64,000 nucleotides of DNA from an uncultured Alphaproteobacteria bacterium (GTDB lineage Bacteria; Pseudomonadota; Alphaproteobacteria; Rhizobiales; Xanthobacteraceae). The position numbers were made by a program, and so were the translations under genes. The notes beneath the pieces were generated by a model. The model was given only the letters and a program-made list of their open reading frames with translations, was not told where the DNA came from and made no database searches. Shown in pieces: positions 40,451 to 51,425 of the stretch (within the stretch, counting starts at the first letter, position 1; each line of letters begins with the position of its first letter). Location: assembly GCA_963815955.1 (NCBI GenBank), contig CAWFIQ010000025.1:57020-121019 (forward strand), read 5' to 3'.

Positions 40451-40617
40451 ACCGACGGCCAAAGCCTCCGCAGTTTTGCTTCTAGTGGGTGAGGGATGGC
40501 TGGCCACTTTTGCATCCGCCGGTCGTTCCGATAACACAAAGGAACGTTGCTGATCTTTCTCGGGTTCTGAAAGCCCGTCGGGCGAGCGGGATGAGCTTTC
40601 TACCGACGGAATGCGTG

Positions 40618-40860
40618 ATGGAGCACAAGCTAGTCAGGCGAGACCAATTTAATATTTCCCCGCAAGGTATCGTTCATAAGCCGACCGATGCGGCATTTAC
40701 GCCTGACCCTTCGGACCCCCATTCGGGAATATTCCGGCTGGGCCAACTCGGCAGCAAGCCTCCTAACGGGGGCTACTTCAGGCCTGAAGACGTACAGACT
40801 ATATTGCGCGAGCTTTGGGCCGACTACGTCACCAGCAATCCCGAGCTCTTTAAAGCGTGA
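40618..40860 (+). CDS. Small hypothetical protein
   Basis: Coherent ORF MEHKLVRRDQF...; GGAAC-N17-GGTT at 40541-40566. Confidence 0.6.
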   Translation: MEHKLVRRDQFNISPQGIVHKPTDAAFTPDPSDPHSGIFRLGQLGSKPPNGGYFRPEDVQTILRELWADYVTSNPELFKA

Positions 40861-41245
40861 GAAAAACAAAGGGGTGATCACTCCTGAGATCTGGCTGCAA
40901 ACAGCGGGTGCCCCCGTCTGCAAGTTCCGAAAAGCGGGTAGGTGCTCGGCCTTCGGGGGTGCACAGGAACGGTCTTGGCACCGACCTGGCTTGCAGTCGG
41001 ACCATTCTAGCTAGAGGCAGGTCGAGGCGGGAGCTTCTCTTTGAACCTAATACTTCCACCGGAAGACATATATCTGACCGGGCGATTTCAGGGGCCGCGG
41101 TGACTGACCAACGCCGCCGAGCGATCATACTCCGCTCGGGCGGCGTTGTGCTTTGATCCGTCGTGCGTCGGCCACCTAGAACGTTTCAAACATTGCTAGA
41201 TGAACAATGCTCTGACCTGAACCGTCTTACTTATGGAGACAGTCC

Positions 41246-41518
41246 ATGGATCAGAGCGACGACCCGCGGGAACTAGAACGCAAGATCGAACAAGCGACCC
41301 GGATTGCTTCGCGTGTTGCTGATCAAACGACCGTAGAACGGCTGAGGGCGTGGATTGAGGATCTGAAGCAGAGGTTGTGGCAGCGTCGGGAGGCGAAACG
41401 TCTCAAGCAGCAGATCGCACAACGTGCGCAGGTAATTTGGGAAGAGAGCGGACGCCCCCTCGGCCGCGACCTGGAGTTTTGGCTTCAGGCGGAGTCCGAG
41501 ATCAACGGGCGGGATTAG
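41246..41518 (+). CDS. DUF2934 domain protein
   Basis: IAQRAQVIWEESGRPLGRDLEFWLQAESEI; GGAG RBS. Confidence 0.85.
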   Translation: MDQSDDPRELERKIEQATRIASRVADQTTVERLRAWIEDLKQRLWQRREAKRLKQQIAQRAQVIWEESGRPLGRDLEFWLQAESEINGRD

Positions 41519-41831
41519 GAGTGAATGGCTCGCCCGGACGCCTGGCGCGACCTCAACGTCGTGACATCAACGAACTGTTAAGTAGATGGTCATGGATGTT
41601 TATGACACGCTCGCATCGTCGCTGAGCCATTGAGCTGTTCGTGCAATCGATCATTGCGGCCAGCCTAGCATCGAGAAGAGCGTAACCTGCTTGATGTCCG
41701 CAATTGACCGGGGCCTATTCTGATTTTGGCACAAACTGCCCATGCCAAGCTCCCCGCACGGTTTAATGTGTTTGCCAACAGGCTGCTGAGAACGACTACC
41801 ATGCCGTGGCAGACGACCCTCATATTTGGAT

Positions 41832-42064
41832 ATGCGCGAGCTCGATTCCCGTCGTATTAACGGTAGTTTTTGTGATCCATTGAGTGCTGACCCGTCCAAA
41901 CGCGACTTAGATGCTGAAGCCGAAGAAGCGTTAGAGGCAGCACGATCAATGCCGAGCGGGAACGAGAAGACCGAAGCTTTGAAAAAGGCGGGTCTGCTGC
42001 GTAAAAGGCAGCCGACGCTCAAGGGATTTCGTCCGCTAAGCGTGGAAGGCCACCGAGGCGTTAG
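41832..42064 (+). pseudogene. Small helical protein (AEEALEAARSMP family), frameshift in the A-run at about 42004
   Basis: Corrected tail RKAADAQGISSAKRGRPPRR parallels the paralog at 56143-56328. Confidence 0.5.
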
Positions 42065-42264
42065 CGGCGGTCCACGGTTACCAAGCGAACATTGACTCCT
42101 CGATCAGAGTTGCGGAGGCACGACGGAGAAAAGTTAGGCCATACCTGTTTCGAACAGTCTTCGGTCACGTTGTCAGCCCTGACGGGCTGTTGCACTGCTT
42201 CTTCCGCACTTACGGCGGTTGTTAGTAGCAAAGAAGCCATGACAGCGGGTAAAACGTGCTTCAT
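42061..42264 (-). CDS. Small secreted protein with a Cys pair
   Basis: Signal peptide MKHVLPAVMASLLLTTAVSA; CSKQVWPNFSPSCLR. Confidence 0.7.
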   Translation of the reverse strand: MKHVLPAVMASLLLTTAVSAEEAVQQPVRADNVTEDCSKQVWPNFSPSCLRNSDRGVNVRLVTVDRR

Positions 42265-42432
42265 TTTGCGCCTCGTTTGAGCTGTCATGCCAACGAGTAC
42301 GCTCCCGCGACGCTCCAGATACTCCCGGATTAAGAGAAAAAATTCCGTAGGGACGCTCGGCGGTATCCGGGAAATAATTATCGCTGTTAGCGCGAAGCGG
42401 CCGTTCATAGTCGCCATGTCGAGAACCCGTTT

Positions 42433-44556
42433 CTACGGCATTTTTACATTTGGCTCACGTCCCCAGACGCGTAGCTTTCCAAGGCCAGCTACAAATGACT
42501 TTGCATCCTTTGCGCTGCTTAGGGGGATGCAACCCTCATCGAAATCTTCCGCTGCAACGCCCGACTTCTCGAATAGCGGCAGGGCGGATTCGACGTATCC
42601 GATGAACTTGCAATGAGCGAAGGCGTCGGCAAGGAAGTCCCGTGCCGCGGACTCCTGCAGCAGGTCGTCCATTGCGGTGATCGCCGGCAGAACAGCAACC
42701 GCGTCGTAGAGAACAGAGGGACCCCCATCAATCATTTGGTCCGCGTCGATCCAGCTACCATCGCTCGCTTTCACGCCGGCTACCGTCGGCGCGACTATCT
42801 CAAAGGTCGCTCCGGCCTTGTCGAGGGCGCCCTTGAGTGCTTCGAGTAAGCCGATATCCGATCCTTCGGTGACGAGGATACCTAACTTTCTTCCCTCGAA
42901 GCGATCTGGGCCGTTCTCAACGATGCTTAGTGCGGGGGATGGATCGAGGTCCTGGCGAGGAGGCACGGCTGCGTCTGCCGGTTTTGGCATCTTCGGTAGG
43001 CCCAGTTTGCCGGCGACCTTGCCGGCCAGTGTCTCATCGATATTCAATAGATGAGAGACCATGCGTTCCCGGATTGCCGGCGTTTTGACTTTGCTCAGTT
43101 CGAACGTCAAAGCTGCGGCTATGTGGGCCTGCTCGCCCATGGTCTGACTGATAAAGAACTGGCGCGCTTGGCTGTAGTGGTCGGCGAAGCTTTCGGCGCG
43201 CAGACGACGTTTGGGGCCCTGTTCGACGTCGGCGAAAGGTATGAATCCGCGCTGGGGCGACTTTCTCGGTCCTTCGCCGAACGAATTCGGCTGATAATTG
43301 ACGCGCCCGGCCGGATTCCGCATTGCCATATGGCCGTCCTGCTGAAAGTGAGCGAAGGGACATTTGGGGGCGTTGATAGGAATGTGGGTAAAGTTCGGGC
43401 TCCCTAACCGCTTCAGCTGAGTGTCGAGGTATGAGAAATTGCGACCTTGGAGCAGCGGATCGTTAGAGAAATCGATACCCGGCGGAACGTTCTGGGTCAT
43501 GAAGGCGACCTGTTCGGTTTCCGCGAAGAAATTATCGGGCATGCGATCGAGCACCAGTCGACCTACTGGAATCGGGGACAAAATTTCTTCCGGGATGATC
43601 TTCGTCGGATCGAGTACGTCGAAGTCGAAGGAGTCGGCGAATTCCTGGTCGAAGAGCTGCAATTGCAGTTCCCATTCCGGAAAGTTGCCGCTCTTGATTG
43701 CCGTCCAAAGATCCCGCCGATGGAAATCCGGATCGGCACCGTTGATCTTTACGGCTTCGTTCCAAACGACGGATTGCAGTCCCAGCTTGGGTTTCCAGTG
43801 AAATTTAACGAAGGTGCTCTCATTCTTGGCGTTTACGAGCCGAAAGGTATGGACGCCGAAACCTTCCATGAATCGAAACGAACGGGGGATTGCGCGGTCA
43901 GACATCACCCACATGATCATATGCATGCTTTCGGGGGTGAGACTGATGAAGTCCCAAAAATTGTCGTGGGCCGACTGGGCCTGCGGAAAGGCGCAATCCG
44001 GCTCCTCCTTCACCGCGTGGACCATGTCCGGAAACTTGATCGCGTCCTGGATGAAGAAAACAGGGATGTTATTGCCAACAAGATCCCAATTGCCTTCCTG
44101 CGTATAGAGCTTCACAGCAAAGCCTCGGACATCTCGGGCCAGATCAAAGGAACCCTTGCTGCCGGCCACGGTCGAGAAGCGGACGAACGCAGGTGTTCTT
44201 TCTCCGGCACGCTGGAAAAGATCAGCCCGGGTGTACTTTGAGAGCGACTTGTAGTTTTCGAAAAAGCCGTGCGCCGCATATCCGCGTGCATGCACAACCC
44301 TCTCGGGGATGCGCTCGTGGTCGAAATGGAAGATCTTCTCCCGGAAGTGGAAATCTTCAAGCAACGTGGGCCCCCGGGGACCAATCTTCAGAGAATTCTG
44401 ATCGTCGGAGACTGGTCCTCCTTGCGCTGTGGTTAGAACGGCCGCTTTACCCGACGCGGTTTGATGAAGCTCGCCCCCTTCACCGCGGTCTAGCTTCTGG
44501 TCGTGAATCGTTGCTGTCTCACCAGATGAGCGGCTTGACTTGGTAGATTTCGCCAT
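42433..44556 (-). CDS. katE: Large-subunit monofunctional catalase (HPII)
   Basis: [34 protein letters not shown]-terminal DJ-1-like domain; start MAKSTKS at 44556. Confidence 0.96.
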   Translation of the reverse strand: MAKSTKSSRSSGETATIHDQKLDRGEGGELHQTASGKAAVLTTAQGGPVSDDQNSLKIGPRGPTLLEDFHFREKIFHFDHERIPERVVHARGYAAHGFFENYKSLSKYTRADLFQRAGERTPAFVRFSTVAGSKGSFDLARDVRGFAVKLYTQEGNWDLVGNNIPVFFIQDAIKFPDMVHAVKEEPDCAFPQAQSAHDNFWDFISLTPESMHMIMWVMSDRAIPRSFRFMEGFGVHTFRLVNAKNESTFVKFHWKPKLGLQSVVWNEAVKINGADPDFHRRDLWTAIKSGNFPEWELQLQLFDQEFADSFDFDVLDPTKIIPEEILSPIPVGRLVLDRMPDNFFAETEQVAFMTQNVPPGIDFSNDPLLQGRNFSYLDTQLKRLGSPNFTHIPINAPKCPFAHFQQDGHMAMRNPAGRVNYQPNSFGEGPRKSPQRGFIPFADVEQGPKRRLRAESFADHYSQARQFFISQTMGEQAHIAAALTFELSKVKTPAIRERMVSHLLNIDETLAGKVAGKLGLPKMPKPADAAVPPRQDLDPSPALSIVENGPDRFEGRKLGILVTEGSDIGLLEALKGALDKAGATFEIVAPTVAGVKASDGSWIDADQMIDGGPSVLYDAVAVLPAITAMDDLLQESAARDFLADAFAHCKFIGYVESALPLFEKSGVAAEDFDEGCIPLSSAKDAKSFVAGLGKLRVWGREPNVKMP

Positions 44557-44590
44557 TTTGCGACCCTCATGGATGGAGCTGACGAATCTT

Positions 44591-44615
44591 AATCCGCTTA
44601 AGGCCGCTACGTTCC
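44591..44615 (-). promoter_or_regulatory. sigma-EcfG-type promoter of katE
   Basis: GGAAC-N16-GATT, 34 nt upstream of the ATG. Confidence 0.65.
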
Positions 44616-44702
44616 TGTTGCCCGCCCACGGGCATCCTCCCTCGTTGGAGGGCGGACCGCTAAGACCGGTCGCGTGCGAGCAAAGGTTCCGGGCGTCAAC
44701 GT

Positions 44703-45445
44703 CTATGGGGCTTTGGAGACCCGAACAGTTTGGGCGACCATCTGGCATTGCTTGTTCGAGGTAAGAAACGCAATATCGGAAGCGTCGCGGCCGCTTCCAA
44801 TGCGCACAATGCCTTCGATTGGAGCCAAGCGGGTTGGATCGATGAGCCACCACCCGTTCTCGAGGTAGACTTCGAAGATGGCATGAAAGTCCGGAGGCTC
44901 CAATTGCAGAGCGTAAGCGCTCACCGCCCGAGCGGGAATGCCTAATGCTCTCGCCAGTGTGATCCCCAAGTGGGTAAAATCACGACAAACTCCCGCCCGG
45001 TCCACGAAGGTCCGCTCTGCGGTGGTTTCGCATTGCTCACGCCGACAACGTAATCGACATTGCGGGAAAGCCACCCAAGTATGGCCATGATCCGCGCGAC
45101 CCCGTCGCCCGCCTCTCCGAACTCACGCTGCGCGAACCGCAGAAAGAGGAGTACCTCGCCTGGCAGGTCAGACCACACATGCTGACATCCGGACGGAGGA
45201 AGCAATTGCCGAAGGTTGTTCTCGACAACCGCTCGGTACCTGATGGTGACCTCGCCCGAGAGCGATGCGCGTATCCGCCGATCGCCATAGGGGGTTGTGT
45301 CGGAAAGCGCTTGTACCGAGGGCAGAATGTCGAGCGAGTCCGACAGAATGATTTGATCACACGTCCGCGAAGCCTCCAGGCTGGCGATGATCTGAGTGTC
45401 ATTGGTGAAATTGTAGACGAGTTCAGCCTCGATCGACAGCTTCAT
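44703..45445 (-). pseudogene. Transglutaminase-like protein
   Basis: [18 protein letters not shown]...IDPT; frameshift near 45030; appears to lack the LLPSRFCPSD-type segment recalled from the family. Confidence 0.8.
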
Positions 45446-45932
45446 CTTATCCTCGACAGTGTGAACGGGATCGATGCTTCGTCTCCTTTCACGGACGTGA
45501 CCTTCGCACCACCACCAGCGCGATAAAAGACCGGTCCGCAGAATGTTCACAATGAGATTCCGACCTTGAAACACCGTTATTTTACGGAATCCTCATTCTG
45601 GTAGGATTGCTATAAGCTTGCTCTGCCAGCGTGGTGTTTTCATCCCGAACAAATTTGGGCTGGCGAAGGGCCGCAGAAATGCGGCCCTTTTGCTATCCGA
45701 TGTGCCGACGCTTTGGAGAAAAGTTTCAACATTGCGAAATCACTCTAGTCGGCTCTATTCGCAGCGGTATTGTTTTGTCATGCACGAGAATGCAATCAAT
45801 GCCGTGGCAAGTGTTAGGGCGATTTTCAGTGATTCAATGTGGGAGTGCCTTTAGTGCGTCCCGCGCGATGGTCGCAATGCATGGCATCAGTTCCAGCGAA
45901 GGGAGAATACGCAAGGGGAAATTAGGCGGTAA

Positions 45933-46097
45933 CTACCGCATCGCCGGCAGATGCATCAGGTTCTGCAGGTGCATCACATCATGTTTTTCTGCTTGACGCT
46001 CGATGAACGACTGACCTGCTACCAGCATGACCCCTGAAAAAGCGAGAGCGAGCATCGCGCTTGCAATTTGAGGAATGAGCACGGTCGTCTCCTGCAT
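45933..46097 (-). CDS. Small membrane protein
   Basis: One TM helix; GGAAC-N16-AGTT at 46110-46134. Confidence 0.55.
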   Translation of the reverse strand: MQETTVLIPQIASAMLALAFSGVMLVAGQSFIERQAEKHDVMHLQNLMHLPAMR

Positions 46098-46405
46098 CGT
46101 CCCGTCCATAACTTCGGCCCAAAAGGTTCGTTCCAACTTTTCGGGAAAAAATGGCAAAGAAGCCGCGGCCGCTCAAAAATGCACAGAAGAAAAATGCACA
46201 GAAGAAGTAGGCCGCGCGTTGCCGGCTCTGCGGTTTAAGGAACCGCGCTGTCATCTAGGCGGCGCGGCCATTTTTTGGAGCGAGGCCCGGCGTTTCAATT
46301 GCGGATCGCTTCGAGGCAACCGACCGGATGAATGGCTTCTGCGTGTTCGAGTTCTCCCGGCGATTATCCCCTAGGAACGTATTGGTTGAACGACCGTTTC
46401 TCCGC

Positions 46406-46615
46406 ATGGCCGATATCGAGCTGATAGAGCAGTCCTTCCAGATTGCTTGGGGTGTCCTTGAGAGAACTGGTGAACTCGGGGAGCCGAATTGTTCTGCGAA
46501 TTTTCTTCTTGATGAGATCATCGGTATGTTGCGGTGTGGCGAACGGCGCAGGCTCGTTCTTTCAAATCGCGCAATCGATGCGTACCGAAACCAACCGGTC
46601 AAACTCGCCTCATGA
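46406..46615 (+). CDS. Small hypothetical protein, probably leaderless
   Basis: MADIELIEQSFQIAW...; GGAAC-N16-CGTT ends 7 nt before the ATG; no RBS. Confidence 0.65.
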   Translation: MADIELIEQSFQIAWGVLERTGELGEPNCSANFLLDEIIGMLRCGERRRLVLSNRAIDAYRNQPVKLAS

Positions 46616-46714
46616 TCGACCCTGACAGACTTGGCAGGTCCCGTTACCGTTCAAGATCCCTATGAACCCCTGGAAGGCAAAGTCGATGAGCAATTGGTCG
46701 CGTAGACCCCTGCT

Positions 46715-46960
46715 TCAACGACGCCGAGCCACAGCGACGCCTAGCAAGAAGGCGACTAACAGGGACCCGAGTGGCGCCTCCCGCGCAATGTTGCTCAGGA
46801 TACTTAGCGGCATACCAGGTTTCCGACCGTTTTCGATCGCATCGCCAACGCGACTAGCGGCACTCCTGACAGCATCAGAAACCTCTTCAATCGTAGACTT
46901 TGATGCTGGAACGGGATCCAGGCCTTCGTACACAAACGGCGGGGGTATGTCGTCGGCCAT
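46715..46960 (-). CDS. Small tail-anchored protein (ElaB/DUF883-like C-terminus)
   Basis: REAPLGSLLVAFLLGVAVARRR; GGAAC-N16-GATT at 46986-47010. Confidence 0.7.
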   Translation of the reverse strand: MADDIPPPFVYEGLDPVPASKSTIEEVSDAVRSAASRVGDAIENGRKPGMPLSILSNIAREAPLGSLLVAFLLGVAVARRR

Positions 46961-47045
46961 GGGCGAAACTCCGGATCGATAGGGTAATCGATTAGATCGC
47001 AGCTCGTTCCTGCGGCGCTCTATCCCAGGGTACGCGAAACGGGGA

Positions 47046-47273
47046 TCAGCATATCGGGTGGGTGCGTTTTGGTGCCGCGCGCCGGGGGGCAGGCGTACGA
47101 GGTAGATCTGCGAACTCAGATGAATGGTAGTCCCGTCCTTCAGGCGTGGTGATGTAGATGTCGTAGCAGCCGGTTCGCGACATTTCTCGCGCCTTCTTGA
47201 GCGCAGCTTCGGCGGTCTTCCTGCGATGGACAAGTTCGCCATGCTTGCACATTGCTTTTATCGAGAAGCTCAT
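47046..47273 (-). CDS. Small hypothetical protein
   Basis: Coherent ORF with AALKKAREM...IYITTPEGR. Confidence 0.55.
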   Translation of the reverse strand: MSFSIKAMCKHGELVHRRKTAEAALKKAREMSRTGCYDIYITTPEGRDYHSSEFADLPRTPAPRRAAPKRTHPIC

Positions 47274-47553
47274 TTCTTCTTCTTATTTTCTTTTTTCTTG
47301 ATGATATCGGCCTGGATTCTGAAGGCTTTCGCCAGCGTTCTCATCTGGTTGGCGAACCATACGTGTCGGCCGTATTCACCGCAACCCGCTCTGCGGTAGC
47401 TGCCTGCTGTCGGATAGCTTTGGCCATCTTCATAGGATGGGTAACTTCCTTATCTTTACGCGGTTCCGCTCTAGTACGAGCCGTCTATCGCGGCTTTTGC
47501 GTCAGCATAACCGACTCTGGTCCAGTCTGGCCGACGTGCCCCAGTTAGCCATC

Positions 47554-47613
47554 CGATTAGCGACTCAGTAACGGCGTTGCTCGCGATTAGCGACTCAGTA
47601 ACGGCGTTGCTCG
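47554..47613. repeat. Perfect 30-bp tandem duplication
   Basis: CGATTAGCGACTCAGTAACGGCGTTGCTCG x2, no spacer. Confidence 0.95.
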
Positions 47614-47787
47614 TCCCCCATTCTCGCATCCATGCAGATCTTCGGGCGCATGGGAAAATTCAGTGCCGCTTGGATGACGGGTTTGGAAGGGGTCGCCACG
47701 TTGGCTCATCTATTAGGTTGGCCTATTCCATCGCTAGGTGAACATTTAACGGTCCGGCACGTTGTTCCCGTCCACAGAGGATACGTA

Positions 47788-48021
47788 ATGACCGAGATCA
47801 AAGAGCACATGGAAGTCATCGGAGCCGACGGCGTTCATGTCGGCACCGTCGACGAAGTCGAAGGCAGCCGCATCAAGCTGACGAAGAAGGACAGCGGCGA
47901 GGGCTCTCATAAGGGGCATCATCACTTCATCAATAAAAGTCTGTTTGCCGGCGTTGAAGGCAACAAGGTCAGGCTTTCGGCGAACGCCGATGTCGCGGTG
48001 ACGATGGAAGAAGAAAAGTAA
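47788..48021 (+). CDS. DUF2171 domain protein
   Basis: IKEHMEVIGADGVHVGTVDEVEG...IKLTKKDS; TGAAC-N16-CGTT at 47739-47763. Confidence 0.88.
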   Translation: MTEIKEHMEVIGADGVHVGTVDEVEGSRIKLTKKDSGEGSHKGHHHFINKSLFAGVEGNKVRLSANADVAVTMEEEK

Positions 48022-48096
48022 CTAGGGCGCCAAACGGGTGCTCTGGCAACTAAAACAGTCTCACGCATCATATATCGAAAAAGCTATGCTCATAGG

Positions 48097-48201
48097 CTAA
48101 AAACGGAATACGCCCAGCAAAAAGAGCAGCGCAATGGTTGCGACTGCTGACAGCAACAGTGAACCTAGGCAGCCTAATCGGCTTGAGAAGAAGAAAAACA
48201 T
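48097..48201 (-). CDS. 34-aa membrane peptide (MFFFFSSRLGCLGS...)
   Basis: Hydrophobic; GGAAC-N16-TGTT at 48213-48237. Confidence 0.65.
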   Translation of the reverse strand: MFFFFSSRLGCLGSLLLSAVATIALLFLLGVFRF

Positions 48202-48515
48202 ACTACTGAGCCAACAAACTGAACACAAAAGTGTTCCTCCTTCGGCTGTTAGACCGATGATGGCGCGACACTCTTGATGCGCTACGCGGGCCTGGTGCAG
48301 TAAATCCAGACCTTTCTTATACGACTGCCGCGCCACGCTGACGATGTCCGATGTTGGGGCGACGCGGACCCGCCGCTTGGCCGCATCGGGGTCCGGAAGT
48401 GACCCGGAGCGGACCTCGTGTCGCGACGACAAAGCACGGTTGCATGATTGTTCAGATTGGTCGTCAGAGTATTATGGCTGGGTGCGGCGCTTTTTGCCTT
48501 CATGGGAGGCGAGTG

Positions 48516-49012
48516 ATGAAGGTTACGGGCTTCAACCACCTGTCGATAGGCACCAAGAATTCGCGGAGTTGGTGAAATTCTACGAGACCGTATTGGGCAT
48601 GCAGACCATTCCCAGCTACAATTTTGGCTTCAAAACAAAATATCTCCGCTGCGGCGATCTGCAATTGCACATCTTCGAGCTGGAAGATCAGGTTCCGTTC
48701 TACCAGCACTTCGCGGTAGATGTGGACGATTTCCATGCTGCCTACGATGCTGCAAAGGCGATTGGCGCGCTCAACTCGACGGCGTTTCGCAATCCGGTGA
48801 ACGAACTTCCGGATGGCTGCGTCCAGATGTATTTGCGGGACCCAGCAGGAAATCTGATCGAGATCGACTGGCCTGATGTTGAGACGCTCGATCGCTCGCG
48901 AATTCCTGAGATGAAGCTGTTGACCGAGTTCGCCGCACAAAACGAGGAAGGGCTCGCTGCTTCCCTGTACCTCGATCGGCCGCATCTGAAGACCGCGCGA
49001 CAAGCGAGATAG
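48516..49012 (+). pseudogene. VOC/glyoxalase family protein, one-base deletion near 48558
   Basis: GGAGG RBS, MKVTGFNHLSI then VKFYETVLG, QHFAV, MYLRDPAGNLIEID. Confidence 0.82.
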
Positions 49013-49149
49013 CGAAGAACGGTGAAATGGCGGGTGTTGGTCGGAAGCCGAACGCAAGCATGCCCTGGGGTCGGATCGATGCTTCGGCCTGTCCGAACGA
49101 TCTGGTCTGGAACAAGGACGTCCATGTTCTGACGGCATCCTCGTTCACT

Positions 49150-49254
49150 TTCCGCTTTTGGCACTATTGAGACATGCTCACTGGCCCTGACGACGTCCGT
49201 TTTCTGGAGAAGATCGGAAGTAGTCGGCCGACGCCAAAGTGACGCGATTGACCC
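49150..49254. repeat. Dispersed bradyrhizobial MITE-like repeat
   Basis: TTCCGCTTTTGGCAC...GTCCGTTTT...CGGAAGT...TGACGCGATTGACCC architecture, recalled from this genus. Confidence 0.5.
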
Positions 49255-49341
49255 ATTGCGGCCTGAGGGCCGCTGGGCCAGTGTTTGTCCGGGTGCACCT
49301 TCAGCTTTGGCTGCCGAAAAGACCTCTTTCACTGTTGCTCC

Positions 49342-49694
49342 ATGGCGATTTGGCAATTCGACTTCTATCTTATCCCTCGCAAAGCCATTGAGCGGGTTCA
49401 TGGACCGTCTCCCGTGGTGCTCGGAGCGTTTCGAAGGAGTCGTGTGCAAGAAGCAGATAGCTATCCAGACCCACCCAACTATTGGGCTGGCCGCCAGTGT
49501 TCCTCTTACGAAAACGCCGTGGGAGCGTCGTTGGCGGCTCGAAAGTCATGGGCTCCTGAGGCGCCGATGTTCGGGGACGAGAAAGCCGTGCGATCGGCCT
49601 ATCTCGACGGTGAGACGGACGGTCCTCGTTCCTACGCAGCCACTGCTTGGGTTGTGAGGGGTACGGGCCATAGGTGGACGGTCTGTGGCGCCAG
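49342..49694 (+). pseudogene. Truncated hypothetical protein (MAIWQFDFYLIP...)
   Basis: Protein-like N-terminus that runs into the palindromic repeat at 49695. Confidence 0.4.
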
Positions 49695-49739
49695 GCGGAC
49701 ATTCGCAGGAATGTCCGCTCTTGGCGCCAAGCGGACATT
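49695..49739. repeat. GCGGACATT/AATGTCCGC palindromic repeat
   Basis: GCGGACATT-6-AATGTCCGC-12-GCGGACATT. Confidence 0.8.
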
Positions 49740-49886
49740 GTGCAGATTGCCTATGTCGGCTAAGCGCCAGACAAGACTTGAGCCGCTAGGATTTGGTGGC
49801 CCTTTTTGCGACTGGACTGCCGCCGTCCGGCAAAGACAGCACGCCGCCGCCGAAAACCGGCGGCGCCGTATTCGAGGTCTGTGCTC

Positions 49887-50786
49887 TTACGGCAGCACTT
49901 TCTGATGCCGACTGAACTCATTTGACCGCGCCATCCAGTGCGGCAATGGCGCACCATCACGGTGCCTCCCACCAGCGCACGCGGCAGCCCATGCCGCCAC
50001 AGCGCCGAGCAACACGGCTGTGGCGATCGAGAACGCCACTATAATGCTGCTTCGCCGTGTCCTCGCAATTGCCGTTTTGGCGTTTGTAAGCGCGTTGTCG
50101 ACCCGACGCTCCGAGTCCGCTGGTGACATACCTGTCAGCGCACCCACCTGCTGAACCAGATAGGCGCGATCGTCAGCGGTTACGCCGCTGTGACTTGAAG
50201 TAGTGAGTAGAATGCGGCCGGCTTCAGCTCGTTCCGCACTGAGATCTACGTTGGGCGAGCGGCGACCGGCACGAAACAGTCGATCGAGCTCGTAGCTCAG
50301 CAGCGGCTCCGCCGTGCTTGCTTGTGCGCTGCCCCGCAGGGAGGACGTCCGGCTTACTGTGGCCGCACCGATCAAAGCAGCGATAATCGCGCCCATTACC
50401 ACTGCCAAGGCCCAGGCACCTAGACCGTGAACACCATCGGCTCGTTCGGTCTCCTCGACAACCGTTGCTCTACCGCCGGCCGCAGCTCTGACACGGCCAG
50501 CCAAATATCCGCCGACCCCGAAGCTGACGATTGCCTGCAAGATCAAGTAGACACCGGAGAGGATTGCGAGCGCCGCGGACGCATCGCGCCAAGTAGGCGC
50601 AGTTGACGAGATGCCAAGCCCTACGGTGACCCCGAAACCAACTAACACCGAAGACAGAGCGGTCGCCGCTAATGCGCCAAGCACAACGGGCGACCACTCC
50701 ACGAAGCGCCACCCATTATCTGCTCGTGCCACTGGCGTTATATCATTTCGGGCTGCTGGCGGGATATTTTCCATCGACATTTCCAT
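49887..50786 (-). CDS. Multi-pass membrane hypothetical protein
   Basis: WSPVVLGALAA..., four to five TM helices, DGVHGLGAWALA. Confidence 0.78.
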   Translation of the reverse strand: MEMSMENIPPAARNDITPVARADNGWRFVEWSPVVLGALAATALSSVLVGFGVTVGLGISSTAPTWRDASAALAILSGVYLILQAIVSFGVGGYLAGRVRAAAGGRATVVEETERADGVHGLGAWALAVVMGAIIAALIGAATVSRTSSLRGSAQASTAEPLLSYELDRLFRAGRRSPNVDLSAERAEAGRILLTTSSHSGVTADDRAYLVQQVGALTGMSPADSERRVDNALTNAKTAIARTRRSSIIVAFSIATAVLLGAVAAWAAACAGGRHRDGAPLPHWMARSNEFSRHQKVLP

Positions 50787-50790
50787 GGCC

Positions 50791-50865
50791 TTAGCGAAGG
50801 CCGAAGAAGGAAAGAACTGCCAGAACTACGACGACGAGACCGACGAGATAGATAAGTCCGTTCAT
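50791..50865 (-). CDS. 24-aa membrane peptide MNGLIYLVGLVVVVLAVLSFFGLR (not in the ORF track)
   Basis: GGAG RBS upstream, single TM, ends 4 nt before the next gene; GGAAC-N16-AATT at 50907-50931. Confidence 0.75.
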   Translation of the reverse strand: MNGLIYLVGLVVVVLAVLSFFGLR

Positions 50866-51044
50866 GAGCTTGCTCCCTTGTATACCTGACCCCACTTCTC
50901 ACCGACAATTTACTTGTACCGGCAAAGTTCCCCAGTTCGAGAAAGAACGTGCGATGCTTGGGGGTTAGACCGGTGACAACTCGGTCGCCACATCGATGCA
51001 GCAGCGGCTGAGCTTGAGCCCCGGACGCTGTCATATTCACCGGC

Positions 51045-51254
51045 ATGAAAATGCTTCCCGAGTATCTTGAGCGTGCCCTTAGCCTCGAACGTCTTGCGGC
51101 AGACGAGCAGGATGCGACGTTCAAAAGCGCGTTGCTGCAAGCGGAGGCGTACCGAAAGCTGGCAACGAAGCGCACTTCTCCTCAAGTTGCCCACGTGCTC
51201 GCAACGCGGGGAGGTTCTGTCGTCGAGTGCTTCTGGGCGAAATGGATAGCGTGA
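51045..51254 (+). CDS. Small helical hypothetical protein
   Basis: YLERALSLERLAADE...AYRKLA; tail may be frameshifted. Confidence 0.55.
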   Translation: MKMLPEYLERALSLERLAADEQDATFKSALLQAEAYRKLATKRTSPQVAHVLATRGGSVVECFWAKWIA

Positions 51255-51272
51255 AGGCGTTAGATGATCAGC

Positions 51273-51401
51273 CTAGCCAAAAATGGTCCTGAGCAGGTAT
51301 GTGACGTTCCAAGCGATGAAGCTGGCAATGACGGCCAGTATCAACGTTGGATCTCGGCCATCGAATAGATCGTGCTTCATCTGACGCCAAAACGCTCTCA
51401 T
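51273..51401 (-). CDS. 42-aa membrane peptide
   Basis: GGAG RBS, TM LILAVIASFIAWNVTYLL; GGAAC-N16-CGTT at 51426-51450. Confidence 0.6.
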   Translation of the reverse strand: MRAFWRQMKHDLFDGRDPTLILAVIASFIAWNVTYLLRTIFG

Positions 51402-51425
51402 TTCCGCGTCTCCCGTACCAGCTAG

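Noticed and set aside
44556-44853. N-terminal extension of KatE
   Set aside because: Overlaps the transglutaminase remnant; RBS and promoter point to the ATG at 44556
47554-47613. CRISPR array
   Set aside because: Only two adjacent units, no spacers, no cas genes in the window
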